64,000 nt of DNA from Perkinsus chesapeaki ATCC PRA-425 (GCA_013115145.1 JAAPAO010000102.1:12670-76669), one strand, 5' to 3'. Numbered from the stretch's first letter, positions 12,879-26,432 are shown. Made by a program: numbers and translations. Notes: a model not told the origin generated them from the sequence alone.

Positions 12879-15800
12879 ATGGTGGCCAAATCATCAATGC
12901 CAGAATCTCAAGCAAGAGTATCTCGATCAGTCAAGCCTGCATGGAAAGCCAAGTGAGTAGTTATGATCTACCCGCACTTCAGATAGACAGCCATTTAGTT
13001 TAGCTTCATCAGCGCGGCTTGAAAATTAGTAGCGACCATCTCAATGAGAATATTCTCTATCAAACTTTTCATTATATATTGACGCCAAGAACCCTTCCCA
13101 GAGTTGCAAGCTTTAAAGAACTTGGATGGACTTCTGTCGAGTGAGACATATTGATACCTATTTTAGGAGTCGTAAGCGTCGAGGCCTCCCATCTGTTTTA
13201 TACAGCCGATGGATTGCTTTCTGCAGCACTATAGTCGACAAAGTCTGGTGAGTCCGGATGCAAATCACATTCGTGCACGACCATGCCAGGTTTTCTACCA
13301 CCACAACAATTCTAACACTTTACGCCTTGTTCGGTGATGATGTCCGAATGGCCAGTTTTGACAGCGATGCAGACCAGTCAGTTCTCTTGCTTGGCTTCCT
13401 CCTTATTCTGAATAAGGAGGAAGCCAAGCAAGGTGAATAAGTTATTCACCTGTCAGGACCTTCAACGTCATAACAGTGATCTGTCTGCTTGTCTTCGGTC
13501 TGGAGATCGTGTTCCAATCCTTCGGCAAGCCCGGCTACTTGGGCGGATTTTTCTTCTTCCTCGACGTCCTGTCATCGGCATCTCTGGTTCTAGATGTAAG
13601 CTGCGCCTAACTCACTCCTTCCCAGAGTCCTCTCGCTGTCAGCTCACGTACGTCGCTGAGGACCTGTTCGGTGACGGCTCGGGAGCCGCTGGCCAAGGTG
13701 CCCAGATCGCTCACGCTTCACACTGATACGCTTCACCTCAGGCGATGTTGCCCGAGCTGGGAGAATGTCTCGTGCTGGAACCAAAGCCGGAAGAGTCGTT
13801 CGAATCATTCGGCTGATCCGTCTCATCCGTATCGTGAAGATGTGACGACTTTTCACAACTGCGCGCTGCCCGTTAACGCCGCCACGCAAGGTACAAGGCG
13901 TTCCTCGACGCTCAGCAGCGAGAATCCAAACGGAAAGATCCGAGGCAGTCCAGACCGGGCAATGTTCTCCAGGATAACGAAAGCGATCACCTTCCTGACG
14001 ACGAGTCCGCGGTGCGCAGTTCGGTCGTGAGCATATCGTTCGGAGTTCTCCCAATTCAGTTGCCGGATGACTTCTTCGAAGAGTTTGATAAGTCCATCGA
14101 GCCCGAGGATGACGAGCCGGAATCGAGAGTTGGCAAGAAGCTGAGCGAAAGGACGACCCAGAAGCTCATCGTAACGACTGCGATGGGGAGACCCCTTCCT
14201 GAGTGTTACTCAGATTCTCATTCTCCTGATGTTGTTCATGATACCTGTGTTCACTGTGTCGGACGTCGTCCCTCAATCGGCACAGTACGGGGTGGACACC
14301 GTGTACTCCTCCTATTTGAGGTACGTCGTTACGTTTACAAGCAGAAGTTTGGTATAGTGGAAGCGTATCTGTCTGTCAAGCATATGGTCGTGGGTCGATC
14401 AGTTACGTTAACGAGTGTCTTACCACCGGTCCGCTCAGCCCAGAGACTCTAACCCATCGATCACTGTAAGCAGATGTCCACTGCTTGATTGAGACCGCTC
14501 GGCCAGATACGCTGATAAGCTCTTTCACTTCCTCTATGCGCACAACTGGGAGTCCCGTGAAGAGCCATGTGAGTTCAGATTATCGGCCAGCTATTGCAAC
14601 TGTCATTACTCGCTGCTTTCTCAGGTTCCAGCAGTGGCGCTATGTGCGTTTCCGATTACGTCAGCCATCTCGCTTGGGTTGGGTAGGCTAGGGGAGAATC
14701 TGGTTTGTCAGAGCTACTGAAACTACTTGGCTCGAGATGCATTGTTTCCGACCTTATATCACAATTCTTAACGGTTTTGAGAATTGAGGACTCCCAGTGT
14801 GAGGTCAACACGCTGTATTTTCGCCTTCGGCGCAAGAAGTTCACTCAGTTGTTGGTGATCATCTTCATCATTGACAATAGTTCATTGAGGAGTCCAAACA
14901 CAGCGCCTTGTTCGCTATTTTCGTAGAACTTCGCGAAGATCTACTCGTCAACTCAGTTACTACTCCGAGGGAACCGACCCCTGCTGGACGCATCCCCACC
15001 TGGAGAACGTCACCGCCAATGAGATACGTCTAGAGTAGTCCCTGAAAAAGCCCAAACGCGATAACTGAAATACCCAGATACGATGAAGCGTTCAACGGCG
15101 ATGATTTCCTGGTTAAGTCAGGCGACCTCAGCGACTTGACCGTAGAAAGGATTACGAAGCCGTGGGCATCCTGCGGAACTGATGCAGCTATTCCAGAAGG
15201 GGTAGGCTCGACAAGAGGGTATCTGGTCTCTCTAAACCCTATGAGTTGTAGCTGTTAAGGAGACCAGACTGTTACAGTCTATAACATTACAGTCACTAAG
15301 AGAAGAGGACGTCGAACTGATAGATTAGAGTGTTAATTGATCTCAGGCTACAGGGGTCTCGTTGATAGCTGACATCGAGTGCCCGGGCGACCTACGCTTC
15401 AACGAGAGGACTGCAGTGCTGCCCTGGCTGAGGAAAGAGACTGATCCTGACAACTATAACACCTACTTTATAGTGCGGCACTGGCCTCAGTGTTGCTGAT
15501 AGTGTGCTCGCTTAGTTCGTGATGGATGACAGATTAAAGGCCTACTGGGAGGCTGTACTCAATATGTGCCAAACGCTTTTCATCTGCCTTGTTCTCGGCA
15601 TCGGTGCACTGTTCTTCTCCAGGGACGCCAATGTAGGAGGCAACCAACTTAGTACATCTATCGCTCTCGCCGAGCAGGTGCTGGTCTTGGGTCCGATCGA
15701 GCGTATGATTGTTAAACTTGCAAAAATCAAAGACAATCCACTGGCGGCAACAACGCTTGGTGTGGACGGAGGGGTATGCTGTGGGGAATGCGAGTCACTT

Positions 15801-17769
15801 AGGCGATGAGGAGTTCAGAAGGGAGGAGACAGCAAGAGCAAGAGACGCAGCTCGCCAGGCTCGAACGGGCCTGTCGAGATTGTGGGACATCGTTACGGTA
15901 GGGCCTCCTGATCGTGGGAGTGTTTTTATTGTTTTTCTATCAGTTCCAAGGCGCCCGCTCCAGTGACGGAGGTCATGAGTAAGTCGTACTACTTTCATAC
16001 TGTTCAACTTGATCCTCTCATTCGTAGACCGCTCGAGACCGTCATGCTCGAAAAGACTATCATCAAGATCGGTAGCCTGTTGGCTCTGGGATTCGGGGAG
16101 GCGGGGGCCGAAATCATCGGCAAGAATATGCAGGTGAGCAACGTCTGGTAAAAAGCGCCTTGCAGGGCGGAAAACGCCGTCTTAGGGAGCTGAGAGGTCG
16201 GCCGGAGTGAATGCCATGATTCCTGGACGAAAGGTCAACGCTGTTTTTGGCTTTTGCGACATTCGCAACTTCACTGATGCCACTGAAGTTCTCAAGGACA
16301 AAGTGATGCTGTTCGTGAACCAGGTGAGCCTATTTGACATAGCCGCAATCACGCCACCTTGTTGGTTCAGATTGGAGAGATCGTGCACGGCATAGTCGAC
16401 GAGTTCCATGGCGCCCCCAACAAAAATATCGGCGATGCATTCCTTGTGAGCGCTGAAGCGACACTCTTCATACTTACTAACTGACAGATCGTTTGGCGAT
16501 TACCGGAGGACAACTCGGACCGGCGAAGAAAAATGTGTGACATGGCGATCATGTCATTCGTCAAGGTAAAGCTGCAAACCAGCGAAAACCTTCAAGCTCA
16601 GCTCTCCAGGTTGTCGCTGCCATTAATCGAAGTCCAGTACTGTATGAGTATCGGCAGCATCCGGGATTGCAAATGCGATTGGCAAACTACAGGTGGGCCA
16701 ACTCGGTGACTATCTCTCATGCTTGGAAATCGTTTCAGGGTTCGAATGGGCTTCGGTATGCATTGTGGATGGGCTATCGAAGGTGCCATAGGCTCGGAGT
16801 TTAAGATCGATGCAAGCTATTTGTCACCTAACGTCAATGTTGCTGGTCAATTAGAAGCTGCCACGAAGGCATATGGGGTAAAGATTATCCGGGCCGTTGG
16901 AAATGGGATCTCTCGTGTGGGTGTGTAGCTCAGTGGTAGAGCGGCTGACTGCAGATCAGCAGGTCCTCGGTTCAAATCCGGGCGCGCCCTTTGTTTTAGG
17001 TTTGCATGCTCCTATCCGGCGCTCTGATTGACTCTTGCAACAAGGAATTGCGACGGTACCACTCATGAACCTTTTAGCATTCCGAACCCTTTCTCATTCT
17101 ATCAGGCATTGTCGTATCATAGACAGAGTCATGATACACGGCGCTCCAATGGGCCTCTTCACCATCGATTTGGTCTACGAGCATCTCTCACTCGCGGAAA
17201 GCGCATGTAAGTCTTCATTAATGAACTTGTCCTCCCACTGGCATCTCTGCAGCGAAGCCTCTCCGAGTGCATATTAAAGGAGACCATCATACCAGCGCCA
17301 GCGCCCAACGGTGAGTACATCTCTGTTTTTCTGTGATGTCATCCTATATCGTTGCTGTCAGATTCAGAACCCGACAAGAACGGGAGGCAAGGAAGGCGAA
17401 TAAATGGGCACCGAATTACTGCATTGCTGATTTGTTTGATCACCATGAAGACGTAATCGAGATGCGGAAGATCTTTACAGCCGAGTTTTTTAAGAAGTTC
17501 GATATGGGTTTTCGGTGAGCTCTATCGCGGCGACTATCTCTGCAGCACATTCTAGGAACTACGAAGCTGGCGAGTGGGAAGTGGCGTACAATATGTTTTG
17601 CGTGACTGAAAAGTTGCTCGCTTCAGAAGGATACACTGATGGGCCGAGTGCGGCTTTGAAGAGGTGGATCATAATGTATCGCGGTAACCTTGACTGTGAC
17701 TTTAGGTATATGGACAAGTATAATAGGGAAGCCCCACCGACATGGAACGGTGCCCGAGAGTTACCGTAG
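12879..17769 (+). CDS. Class III adenylyl cyclase, alveolate AC-alpha type (ion-channel-like TM domain plus cyclase)
   Basis: TILTLYALFGDDVRMASFD, an S4-like Arg-rich segment RVVRIIRLIR, PIERMIVKL, PGRKVNAVFGFCDIRNFTDATEVL, GAPNKNIGDAFL, GFGMHCGWAIEGAIGSEFKIDASYLSPNVN; K and D specificity residues indicate ATP. Confidence 0.92.
16919..16990 (+). tRNA. tRNA-Cys(GCA), sense, inside cyclase intron 16878-16999
   Basis: GGGTGTGTAGCTCAGTGGTAGAGCGGCTGACTGCAGATCAGCAGGTCCTCGGTTCAAATCCGGGCGCGCCCT, complete 72-nt cloverleaf (G-U pairs included), followed by TTGTTTTAG; splicing restores ATKAYG|VCMLLSG. Confidence 0.97.
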
Positions 17770-17916
17770 CCGTTGTCAAAAAATTTACCAAGATGTCATG
17801 CAACATTGTTACTGTCGCGTTAGGCGATCTCTGTTGTGTTCGCAGTGCTTATCGACTCAAACACGAGACTCTAGACTTTCTTAAACGTTACATTATATCG
17901 TTACAGCTCTAGGGGC

Positions 17917-19617
17917 TCAAGCACCTTCACTGAAATCAAAATGCGCCGCCCCGCTCCTGCTAGCCACCGGAGTGTGAGGAACAACTCCAGAGGATACGCA
18001 ACCGACAACTCGCTCGTGGAAGCCCCAAGGCTCCTCGTAGGAGGTCTGAAAGACAAACAATCGAATTCGCGGCAATGCGGGTTTTACCTGTATGGTGACC
18101 AAGTCGGCACGGTCCTCAGTGGCTCCCAAATTGCTGTAACGTACATAGAGGATGAAACCTATGGTGACGCCCACGACGCCGAATAGAGAATAAGGGGAAA
18201 AGGTTTCAGCATGGTCCTTGCCCATGAGAAAGGAACTGGTGTACAAGAGGCTCGATACCGGCAATTTAACAGCATAGGCTAGGGAGCACATAATAGCTCC
18301 AACCTGCAGTGCTGAGCCATAGCGGGTCACGGCAACACCAAGAACATTGAAAACCAGATTAACCACACAGTAGGCCAAAAGGAGGGCACCGGCCGGACCT
18401 ACTGAGAAGGTGAATGCATCCAGAAAGTTGAATACGACCGCGTGCGGCGCGAGCGGCACGCCGCCTGGTTGACCAGAGAGATAGGGAATGCATTGAAGGA
18501 AGCCGAGGCCGAATGATATAATAGTTTGGTAGCCAGCCACGTAGGCAGTCAGAGTCCAAACGCCCACACTGTAGTTACTGAAACCGGATTCCTTGTAGAC
18601 GTTGGAGAGGGCCATTGGTATGTTGGACAGGAAATACCTGAGGAACGAAGTTGTCGAGGAATCTCGAATGAGAGAAACTCGTTTTGGAAGAGTCGGAGGA
18701 TTTGAAAAGTGGACTAGAAATGTGGATGCCGTGATAACCTAAAATTAGGAAATCGCAGTTAGGAAGTAACTTATCTAAAACTAACTACTAATTTCGAGTA
18801 ACTCGTCACTCGTTGCTCTCGCAATTCCACCGAATACTTACAAACAGACCGACAACCCGCTGCAGTTGGCCACAGTTACCCCACTGAACGAAGGGATCAC
18901 GGTTATGCAAGCGCTGATGAAGACGATCGAGGCCGCGCCCTGAAACCAGCACTTTTGTTCAACTCCATCTTATCAAATCCTACTATCGATTTCATGCTGT
19001 AAGTGGTACCGAGTACCAACGCGCTGCACACCATCGTGACGGGGATCAGAGTCTGGTTGAGAACCGTCTGGAACTGACCAGGGGTTGACACCCCTCCAAT
19101 GCTGCTGAGGAGTGTCCCCAGCCCGTCTAATAGGCCCATAATAGCGAACTTGTATCTATGCGGGCTGGTAAGCAAATCCGAGGCTATTTTCCTACTGTGG
19201 TGGGACGCTTTCCTCGGGTCGCTTGGAGGCCTTCTTCTCGCTTTTCAGGACCATGGCGGGGATAGCGGTCATGACCATATACCCGACATTGCAGAATTGG
19301 TCCACGAAAAATGCGTAACTACGAGGAGACGCTGCCGCCGTCGGCCCTGGACTGGCCACTCACTCCTGGCCGTAGATGTTTTGAACTATTTTACAGGACA
19401 CATCGTTGATGCTTCCCGCAATACAAAGAAGTAGTGCAAGCACTATAAGCACGTTGCGTGGTTGGCAGAGATACTCTGTGCACGTTTGGCGGCGCGGTGT
19501 TGCCTCCTGAATAAAAAGAGTAACCGAAAGGTCCCCGGTTCGATCCGCGCTTCTTACAGTTTGCGCCAAGAGCGGTATCTCGAGTGGCGGCTGGACGCTG
19601 CCTTTAGTAGTTGCCAT
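17917..19617 (-). CDS. CRT-like (chloroquine resistance transporter family / DMT superfamily) transporter
   Basis: GLLDGLGTLLSSIGGVSTPGQFQTVLNQTLIPVTMVCSALVLG, PMALSNVYKE, YCVVNLVFNVLGVAVTRYGSA; about 10 hydrophobic segments. Confidence 0.8.
19520..19558 (+). pseudogene. tRNA 3'-half relic (Val/Asn-like), antisense, in CRT-like intron 19507-19557
   Basis: GTAACCGAAAGGTCCCCGGTTCGATCCGCGCTTCTTACA: variable loop, T-arm/B-box and acceptor strand; its 3' end read on the minus strand is the GTAAG donor. Confidence 0.7.
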
Positions 19618-19753
19618 TGTAGAAGTATAAAACAGAAATCGCCAACTACCACAGGCCATCCTGCACTTCACTAATAAACCCAAATCCTTTTGAAAAGCAA
19701 TCAAATAGTACAAATGAAACCAATGAAGGTAATTATAATAGACGTTATTATCA

Positions 19754-22700
19754 TCATCTCTGGGCTGCCATTCGCCGCCGTTTCCCGGCCACCACGCTAG
19801 ACTGTGCGTTCTTCGGCGTGGAGCTCCTGACGCCCACAACTACTGCGAGTCGGCATACTACCGTCTCGGGCTTACTTTTTGGTGCTACTGTCATCCATGG
19901 GGTCGCCACCAGCTTCTCCAAAGTCAGTCTCGATCTGCTTCAACCGAGTAAATGCAAATTTCTCCAGTTCGCGAGCGCATCTGACGCTCAAAGATTCTCC
20001 TCGAGGTCGCTTGGCGCCGCCTACTTCACGTAGATATTGCCGTCATCGCCGTTGTAAAATCTGCAGTTGTCGAATATCCACATCATTTCTGTCTTGTACT
20101 CCTCAATGGTGGTGATCTGTTGACTCTGCAACTTCTTCTTTATCGACGACAAATCCGACGGGTGCTTTATAATCTACCCGGAGATCGAATTTCATGGCGC
20201 GCGAGAAACGATAGGTCACCATATAATAGTCGGGCGCATCCTTGACAGCCACCGGAACTCGGAAAGGCCAGCTTGACTTGTGCTGCAAACAGGCGTCCGT
20301 AAGCCCCAGCAGTCGACTCTCCAGCGTCCTAAAAACACTGGAACCAAAAATGGCAAATTCGCGCGCTCACTCGGGAATGGTGCTGGCCTCTTCGTTGCTG
20401 AGGGAATCGTCCCCCGCCGATGGACTTGCCTTTGATACCGAATAGTTGGAGAATTCGATCTGAAATCTTGCCATCTTGCATTTCCTCAACGCACGACAAC
20501 CTAACCTACCCCTGGCAGGCGTGACGGCGGCAGCGGGTCAGGCAGAGGAGTTGCTGATTTCGACAGCGGCGGCATCTCTACTGGTGGCTTTTCCTTCCTG
20601 ACACGCAAACGGCATACGTAGGGCGTCTGGCGACTAAGATCGACAGAAGGTGGATTCAAGCCACGTAGTCGGGAGTACTACAAGTGGGTAGGAGGAGGAG
20701 GAGGCAGATTGAAAAGGCGACTCAGATTGAAGCTCGTACGTATCGAACCACGCGACAAGAGCGCCGGTGTGAAGGCAAATGTTATCTCAAAGAACAGTTT
20801 ATCCTATATTCTCGCCTTGAGCGTATAAAAGCAGCCGGAACATGCACTGCCACTCTCACAGTGTGATTAACAGAGCCTCTTTCTGGTCAGAAAGAGCCTC
20901 AATAAACTAACACACGACAGGATTCCTGCCTCAGTAACCCTTAGCGACAAGCCTCATATACCGATATTATCCTTGCAGACTGCTGCTATACCCATTCGAC
21001 GTGGTAAAGGTACCGATGGATGGATCTGTGCCTATTGCTGACCAGTGCCCATATTCCCCTGAACCTACAATGCTGCCTGCCAAACTGCCTCTCTAGTATC
21101 CGATAGCATGTCCGCAACCCGCAGATAGTTCACATCCAAGGCGAGCTCCACCGACATCATATGAGCCCCCTCGTACGATTTGATCATCCTAAATTACCGC
21201 GCGCCGTAAAATTCACAATCCACCGGTCTTCTTACCCCGACCAGATATATTTCGGTATCTTAACATGTTTCGTGAACCCCTGAACCGACCAGAATTATTG
21301 GGCGCGCGGTCACAGCTACTCACCTGCTTGGCGAAGTATCCTACAGCGGCGTTGTCAGCATAAGTGATGAAATGCGTTATTGGCCGATATTCCGGACTTG
21401 CCGCCTCTATATGAGGATTGCACTGTTTAATAAATTCCTTCAACCGATTCATCAGCCGCGTACCATATCCCTGCCAAACAACAGTGGCGAATACCAACAG
21501 TAACAAAAAAGCCGTCAGATACAGTACCCCTGTCATTTTTATTTCTTTCACAAAGACAAGGCATCGCAGGAAGCAAGGAAGGTTGCACCGATGACTACCA
21601 TAACAGAACTCTCCCTGAACAGTTGCTACGTGGCATCTTGACACGATGAAACGACTGCGCCACTCCACTGCGCCATTTCTCGCTAGTTTACAAAAGTGCA
21701 TCATAATAATAACATGCTCTACGAAACTATTCAAAAGGTTGACGTCAAAGGAATCAAATTAACCTTTGGGATGCCCTTCCCCGTCCGTAGCGTCCAAGAT
21801 AATACACCCATCGATGGATAACGATACTTCTCGACTTTGCACAACTTCACGGATTGAATCTTCCCCAATTTGTCCCCCCAATCCCCCTTTTCCAACATTA
21901 TTACTTTAACCTGCTCATCGCTGGTGACCGCTAAAAATGCTATCTCCAATAGACCGTACTTGAAGTAACACCGGAAGCATACCGCCCCAATCAGTGATGA
22001 CCCTTTCCACATAGTGTAGGTTGTATGCCGACGATCGAAAACCAATTTTGCAATGTACCTTACACCAGCACGAAGAGAGTAGAGACTGTAGATCGCGGAG
22101 CCGTTTCTACTGCCTCATTACTCCTTCGGCATCTTCGGTAGTTGCCGGGCAAACAGGTTCTTGCACGCCACTAGCTTCTTCAATCGGCCTATCTGTTCCT
22201 CACTAGGATTGACGATCGGCACGTCATTGGTGATACACTCGAAGGCTACCTCTCCCGAGCTCTCCTCAGCCGCCACAGCTGACAACGCACATGTGCAGTC
22301 TCAACAATGTACATAATCGACAACTACTGAACATCATTCACAGGTACATCTTATAAAATATAACGCAAAATTTTCAACCTTTCAAGGTCCGTAGCGCATA
22401 CTGAACTCGACCACTTCAAACGTTCAATCCCATCGGCTCCACCGAGGCACTCCGATCTAGTAGACCGTTCCCCAATGCTTCACCGCCCGCTAGTACCCGT
22501 ATTGCGGGCAGCAAACCCTGTAGAGTCCTTCCCTTCCGACGGCCTATCCTTCTGGCCTCTTCGTGCACTACCAGAGGACACAGACCTGCCGTCAGTTGCA
22601 TGCTGATTTTGCACAGTGCCTACTTTGGCTTCTCCGGCCCCAGTGCCCGCGGCCTTCGCTTGAACAAGAAATCTTGACCGTCATCGTTGCTGGCCTCGTC

Positions 22701-22887
22701 ACCCTAACCCCGGACCATCCCTTTGGGTCGCCCACACCAGCCGAGCAACTACCGATAGCTGAAGGAGCATGTCCAGCTCCTGGGACTCCTCTGTGGAGGA
22801 TTTGATAGAGACTGCGACGTCGCCATTGCTCGTCGATCGATCTGCCACGCCCGCAGCCGCCTTGGACGCTGCTCGGCGAGGAGGCAT
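19754..22887 (-). CDS. GCN5: GCN5 histone acetyltransferase with C-terminal bromodomain
   Basis: [44 protein letters not shown]|[28 protein letters not shown]; bromodomain SWPFRVPV...APDYY...[14 protein letters not shown]. Confidence 0.95.
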
Positions 22888-23092
22888 ACGGTACAGGGAG
22901 CTCTGGGATCTCATCACTGGTTCCCCCGTGGAGATTGAAAACTCCAACGCAAAGCTATTGGGGATAAATAAAATGATTTAAGATGCGGCTGAGGGCCCCT
23001 GACAGTTTGAGTAGGGACCGTGCGCAGTTAGACTGATAATACCGCCAGACGAAACGTCACCGGCGACCTCGGCTACATTGATTTAAGATACT

Positions 23093-25034
23093 TTACTCCT
23101 TCGGCGGCTTCAAGGACGACATGATCTCCTGGGCGATTTCACCGACCGCGCCAGGATTGTGGGGAATGAAGATAGTCTGCGACTTCGACGAAGAGGCAAG
23201 ATCCTGAAGTATAGGAGGTAGTTGAAAAGATGCGAAATTGCATCCAAAGCTAACATGAGAACCAAGTTAGCAATAATGACGTTCTTAGAGCGACCGTGGC
23301 TTGACACAATATTTCCCAAATTCAGGGAGCCACTGCACTTGAACCGTAACCAACGACGTGGTACTGTAACGAAGAATAGTTTTGCATCACCGACAATGCG
23401 AGCATGCACTCAATTGAAGATGTGAGTGTCCCCCCTCTCCTCCCCTTCTACCTTAATGGTGTCAAAGTGCTGTGTGATGAGCAGCAGCTCCATGACGTCT
23501 TTCGATGATATTCCCTGAGTCCCCTCCGTGAAGCTTTCAACACTGGTCTTCAACCCTTCAATTATTGCCTGGGAGATCAATAACCCACGGATCAGCGACG
23601 CACAGTATTAACCTGTCTCTGCCTGGCGATACCCTGACCGGCCAGGAACTTAGACTCGGCTTCGGCTTCCGCGTTCTTCACCAACATGATTTTCTCAGCT
23701 TCGGCCTTCTCCTGGGCCGCTATACGCAAACGACGACCTGAACGGAAATTCTCGCCCTGCAGAGACGATCGACAGATATGTTAGGGGGCGGAGGATATAT
23801 CCCCGTATCCCTGTACTCCCGGTTTCGCTTATTTCACTGCAAGCTTCGCTGAATCTTATTATTACACATTTAGACAGTATCGCTTGTGGATGACGTTTAG
23901 GCCATCCTTGTCTGGCATTCCTGCATCCCCATAAGCCCTTGAGTGAACTGCCGTTAAGATATGCCCTTGTTTTCCTCGCAATTTCATTCTCCATAACTTA
24001 TCCATTTCAACCAGCATTTCGGTGACATCATTTCCTCAGCCTCTCGCACAATTGTGCATTATATCAACACAGACGGTCTTCGAGTCTACTCTCAGCGCGC
24101 GTCCTTGCTTCCTAGTAATTTATCCCCTCCACCACATGCCTGTTATATCTTATCCTTACTACAATTAATTCCGAATTCCACGACTACCACCAATTCACTA
24201 ATGGCTCTACAGACGCTCAAATCGCCATGTATTTCTCGAGTGTCGACAGACGTTCTTCGACAGGAAATATGTTGGTGACAAGCGAAGTGCCGAATTCGCT
24301 CCTCCTGCGCCTTCTATGGCTCATCGTTGGTATTATAATAGAGCTGGTTACTTGTCTCGTGTACACCGTATCGTATACCCGTCATCTTTCGCAGCTGTTA
24401 TATTCCACAGACAGTATCACAGCACCACACATTGAACCAGTTCCCCTCTTCTTACTGGCATTTTGCTCGTTCATGGCCTCCTTCACGGTGTAGTCCGGCT
24501 CGATGTCGACAACCAATGCGTCCAAAATACGGAAACCAAATCCGGTCATAGCATCAATCAGCTGGTTCTTAATCTGAACATCACTTCGCTCACACAACAC
24601 AGATTCCTCAGCAGCCCACATCAACCGCAATCTTCTGCTTCTCCTCGAAGACCTCATCCAAGGCCATCGTTGGCGCCGACGACCGTACCACATCGTAAAC
24701 GTAAGAGTTTATCTGTCCAGCGGGCGAGGTTAGCCGATAGAAAGCATCGTACGCCTGACAAAGGTCAAGTCGGCATTTCAGTTCCCGAAAATGCTCTCAC
24801 TTTCTCTGGAATCGCCTCGTACTGCACCGACACTTCCATAATTATAAAAACGTTGTCGGCAGTTTTTGTCTCGACTCTGACATTGAGCTGCCTCACATTC
24901 AGAGGAACCATCCCCGTGACGCCGGTAACGCAGGGAATCAGGCAGACGCATCCGGGATGCTCGGTCCTATCGAACTTGCCGAATCTCTCGACGACGCCGA
25001 TGTGAGCCTCGGGAACAACAGCACAGCAACCCAT
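23093..25034 (-). CDS. SPFH / band-7 protein (HIR-like)
   Basis: [35 protein letters not shown]...[16 protein letters not shown]...VSVQY; [39 protein letters not shown]; MGCC acylation-type N-terminus. Confidence 0.92.
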
Positions 25035-25176
25035 TCCGGGGAGAGAATCTTTAACCTACCGCGACCACTCGCAATCATCAACATTGAAAACTCAACAGAC
25101 AAATAATATTTTCAGAAGCAAGCTACAGTCCCGTTTACAGCATCCGGAATCACAACGCTACTAAACGATGGTTCGT

Positions 25177-25624
25177 TTAGGCACCGATCTTCCTGGTGTA
25201 GATGAGAGCACGAGAGTGAGGCTGGCCGACCCTCTGGATCTGACCGGTGCTCTCGAGCATACGGAGGGCCTGGCGAGCCAAAGAGCCGTTAACCTACAAC
25301 AAGAACCGTAACTCTCAGTAAGCCTAACGACTGCAGCTGAGCACTGGCGACCCTGTACTACCTTAATACGCTCGGACACAATGGCGGGGGTGATAAGCTT
25401 GGCTTTGGGAATCTCCTTCTGGAGCTTGGAAACAGTGGCCTTGTCCCAGCAGACAGCGTTGTTAAGCTTCTCCTGGACCTGTAAACCGATACCGATGAAT
25501 TCTAGACCATTAGAGTAAAGTGTGGTATTACCTTTCCCTTGGACCACTTCTTCTTCTTACCCTTGCCACCGGCCATAGCGGCCTTGGCCTTTGCCTCCTT
25601 TGACTTTTGAATCTTAGGTCCCAT
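25177..25624 (-). CDS. RPS25: 40S ribosomal protein S25 (eS25)
   Basis: MGPKIQKSKEAKAKAAMAGGKGKKKKWSKGK|VQEKLNNAVCWDKATVSKLQKEIPKAKLITPAIVSERIK|VNGSLARQALRML; two introns. Confidence 0.96.
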
Positions 25625-25797
25625 GCCGAAACAGACCTGCTCGCGGACTGAGTTTGAGGTGGAGAACCCGTCGCGGAATTAGCTGTAAGCAAATCGATCA
25701 CTCGGGCGTGCGAGAGATGAAAATCGACAAACCTGCGCAGTGTTTACAGCGGAGCGATGTGGCTGGCATGCTTGTCACAGTGAAAGGTGAAGCCGTG

Positions 25798-26432
25798 CTA
25801 TCTGGGATCTAACGCATTAAAGCGATTGCTAAGCAATAGGGTATCCTTGGGTGGATAATTACGCTCCAAGGGAAAGTTGAACGGAGTAAAAAAGTTGGAT
25901 ATTTTGGAGGTCGGGATATGTCCCAATGTGTTCAACACAGGAGTATTTTGGAGGATGATCAAGGGGGGATTAAGTTTGTTAGCAGCCATCAGACTTGAGA
26001 GATAGATCTTCCGTTCTCTTCTTAAGAAGCATCGCTGAGCTAGTCCAACGAACCCGTCTGAGGTGAACCCATGACAGTACGCGAATTAGAGGCTACCATA
26101 TACTTAGGAATAAACTGTAACACTCGGCTACTTAGTTAACTTCACTGCGGGCGTGAGACCCACTTCTCAACTGCATAATTAGCCTGCTGAACTGGCCCTT
26201 CAATGGGCTACAGATTGCACAATGAGACACAATCGCGCACCGTATAAATCTGCAACAGCAGCTGCACCGTCATGGTTCCACACACGAGTACTCGTGGTTC
26301 GATAACAATACTTAACGAACAAGAGCTTGTAGATCATGAGCATTCTCCTCAGCGCTCTTCGTACCCCGGCCAATATGTCTCCTCATCCACGTAGTTGTGT
26401 ATAGTTGAATCCGGTTGCTGTTCGTTGCTCAT
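25798..26432 (-). CDS. Hypothetical protein
   Basis: MSNEQQPDSTIHNYVDEETYWPG... and last exon ...SLMAANKLNPPLIILQ...NALDPR-stop; no family seen. Confidence 0.35.

Noticed and set aside
17763-17771. ACCGTAGCC, the start of the Perkinsus/dinoflagellate spliced leader
   Set aside because: Only 9 nt, overlaps the cyclase stop codon, and is not followed by the rest of the leader.
22421-22443. GTTCAATCCCATCGGCTCCACC, a tRNA-like 3' end
   Set aside because: No T-stem partner; the minus strand reads as plausible GCN5 coding sequence.
22458-22470. GGTCTACTAGATC shared with the ghost tRNA at 40756-40768
   Set aside because: A single 13-mer match is expected by chance in 64 kb.
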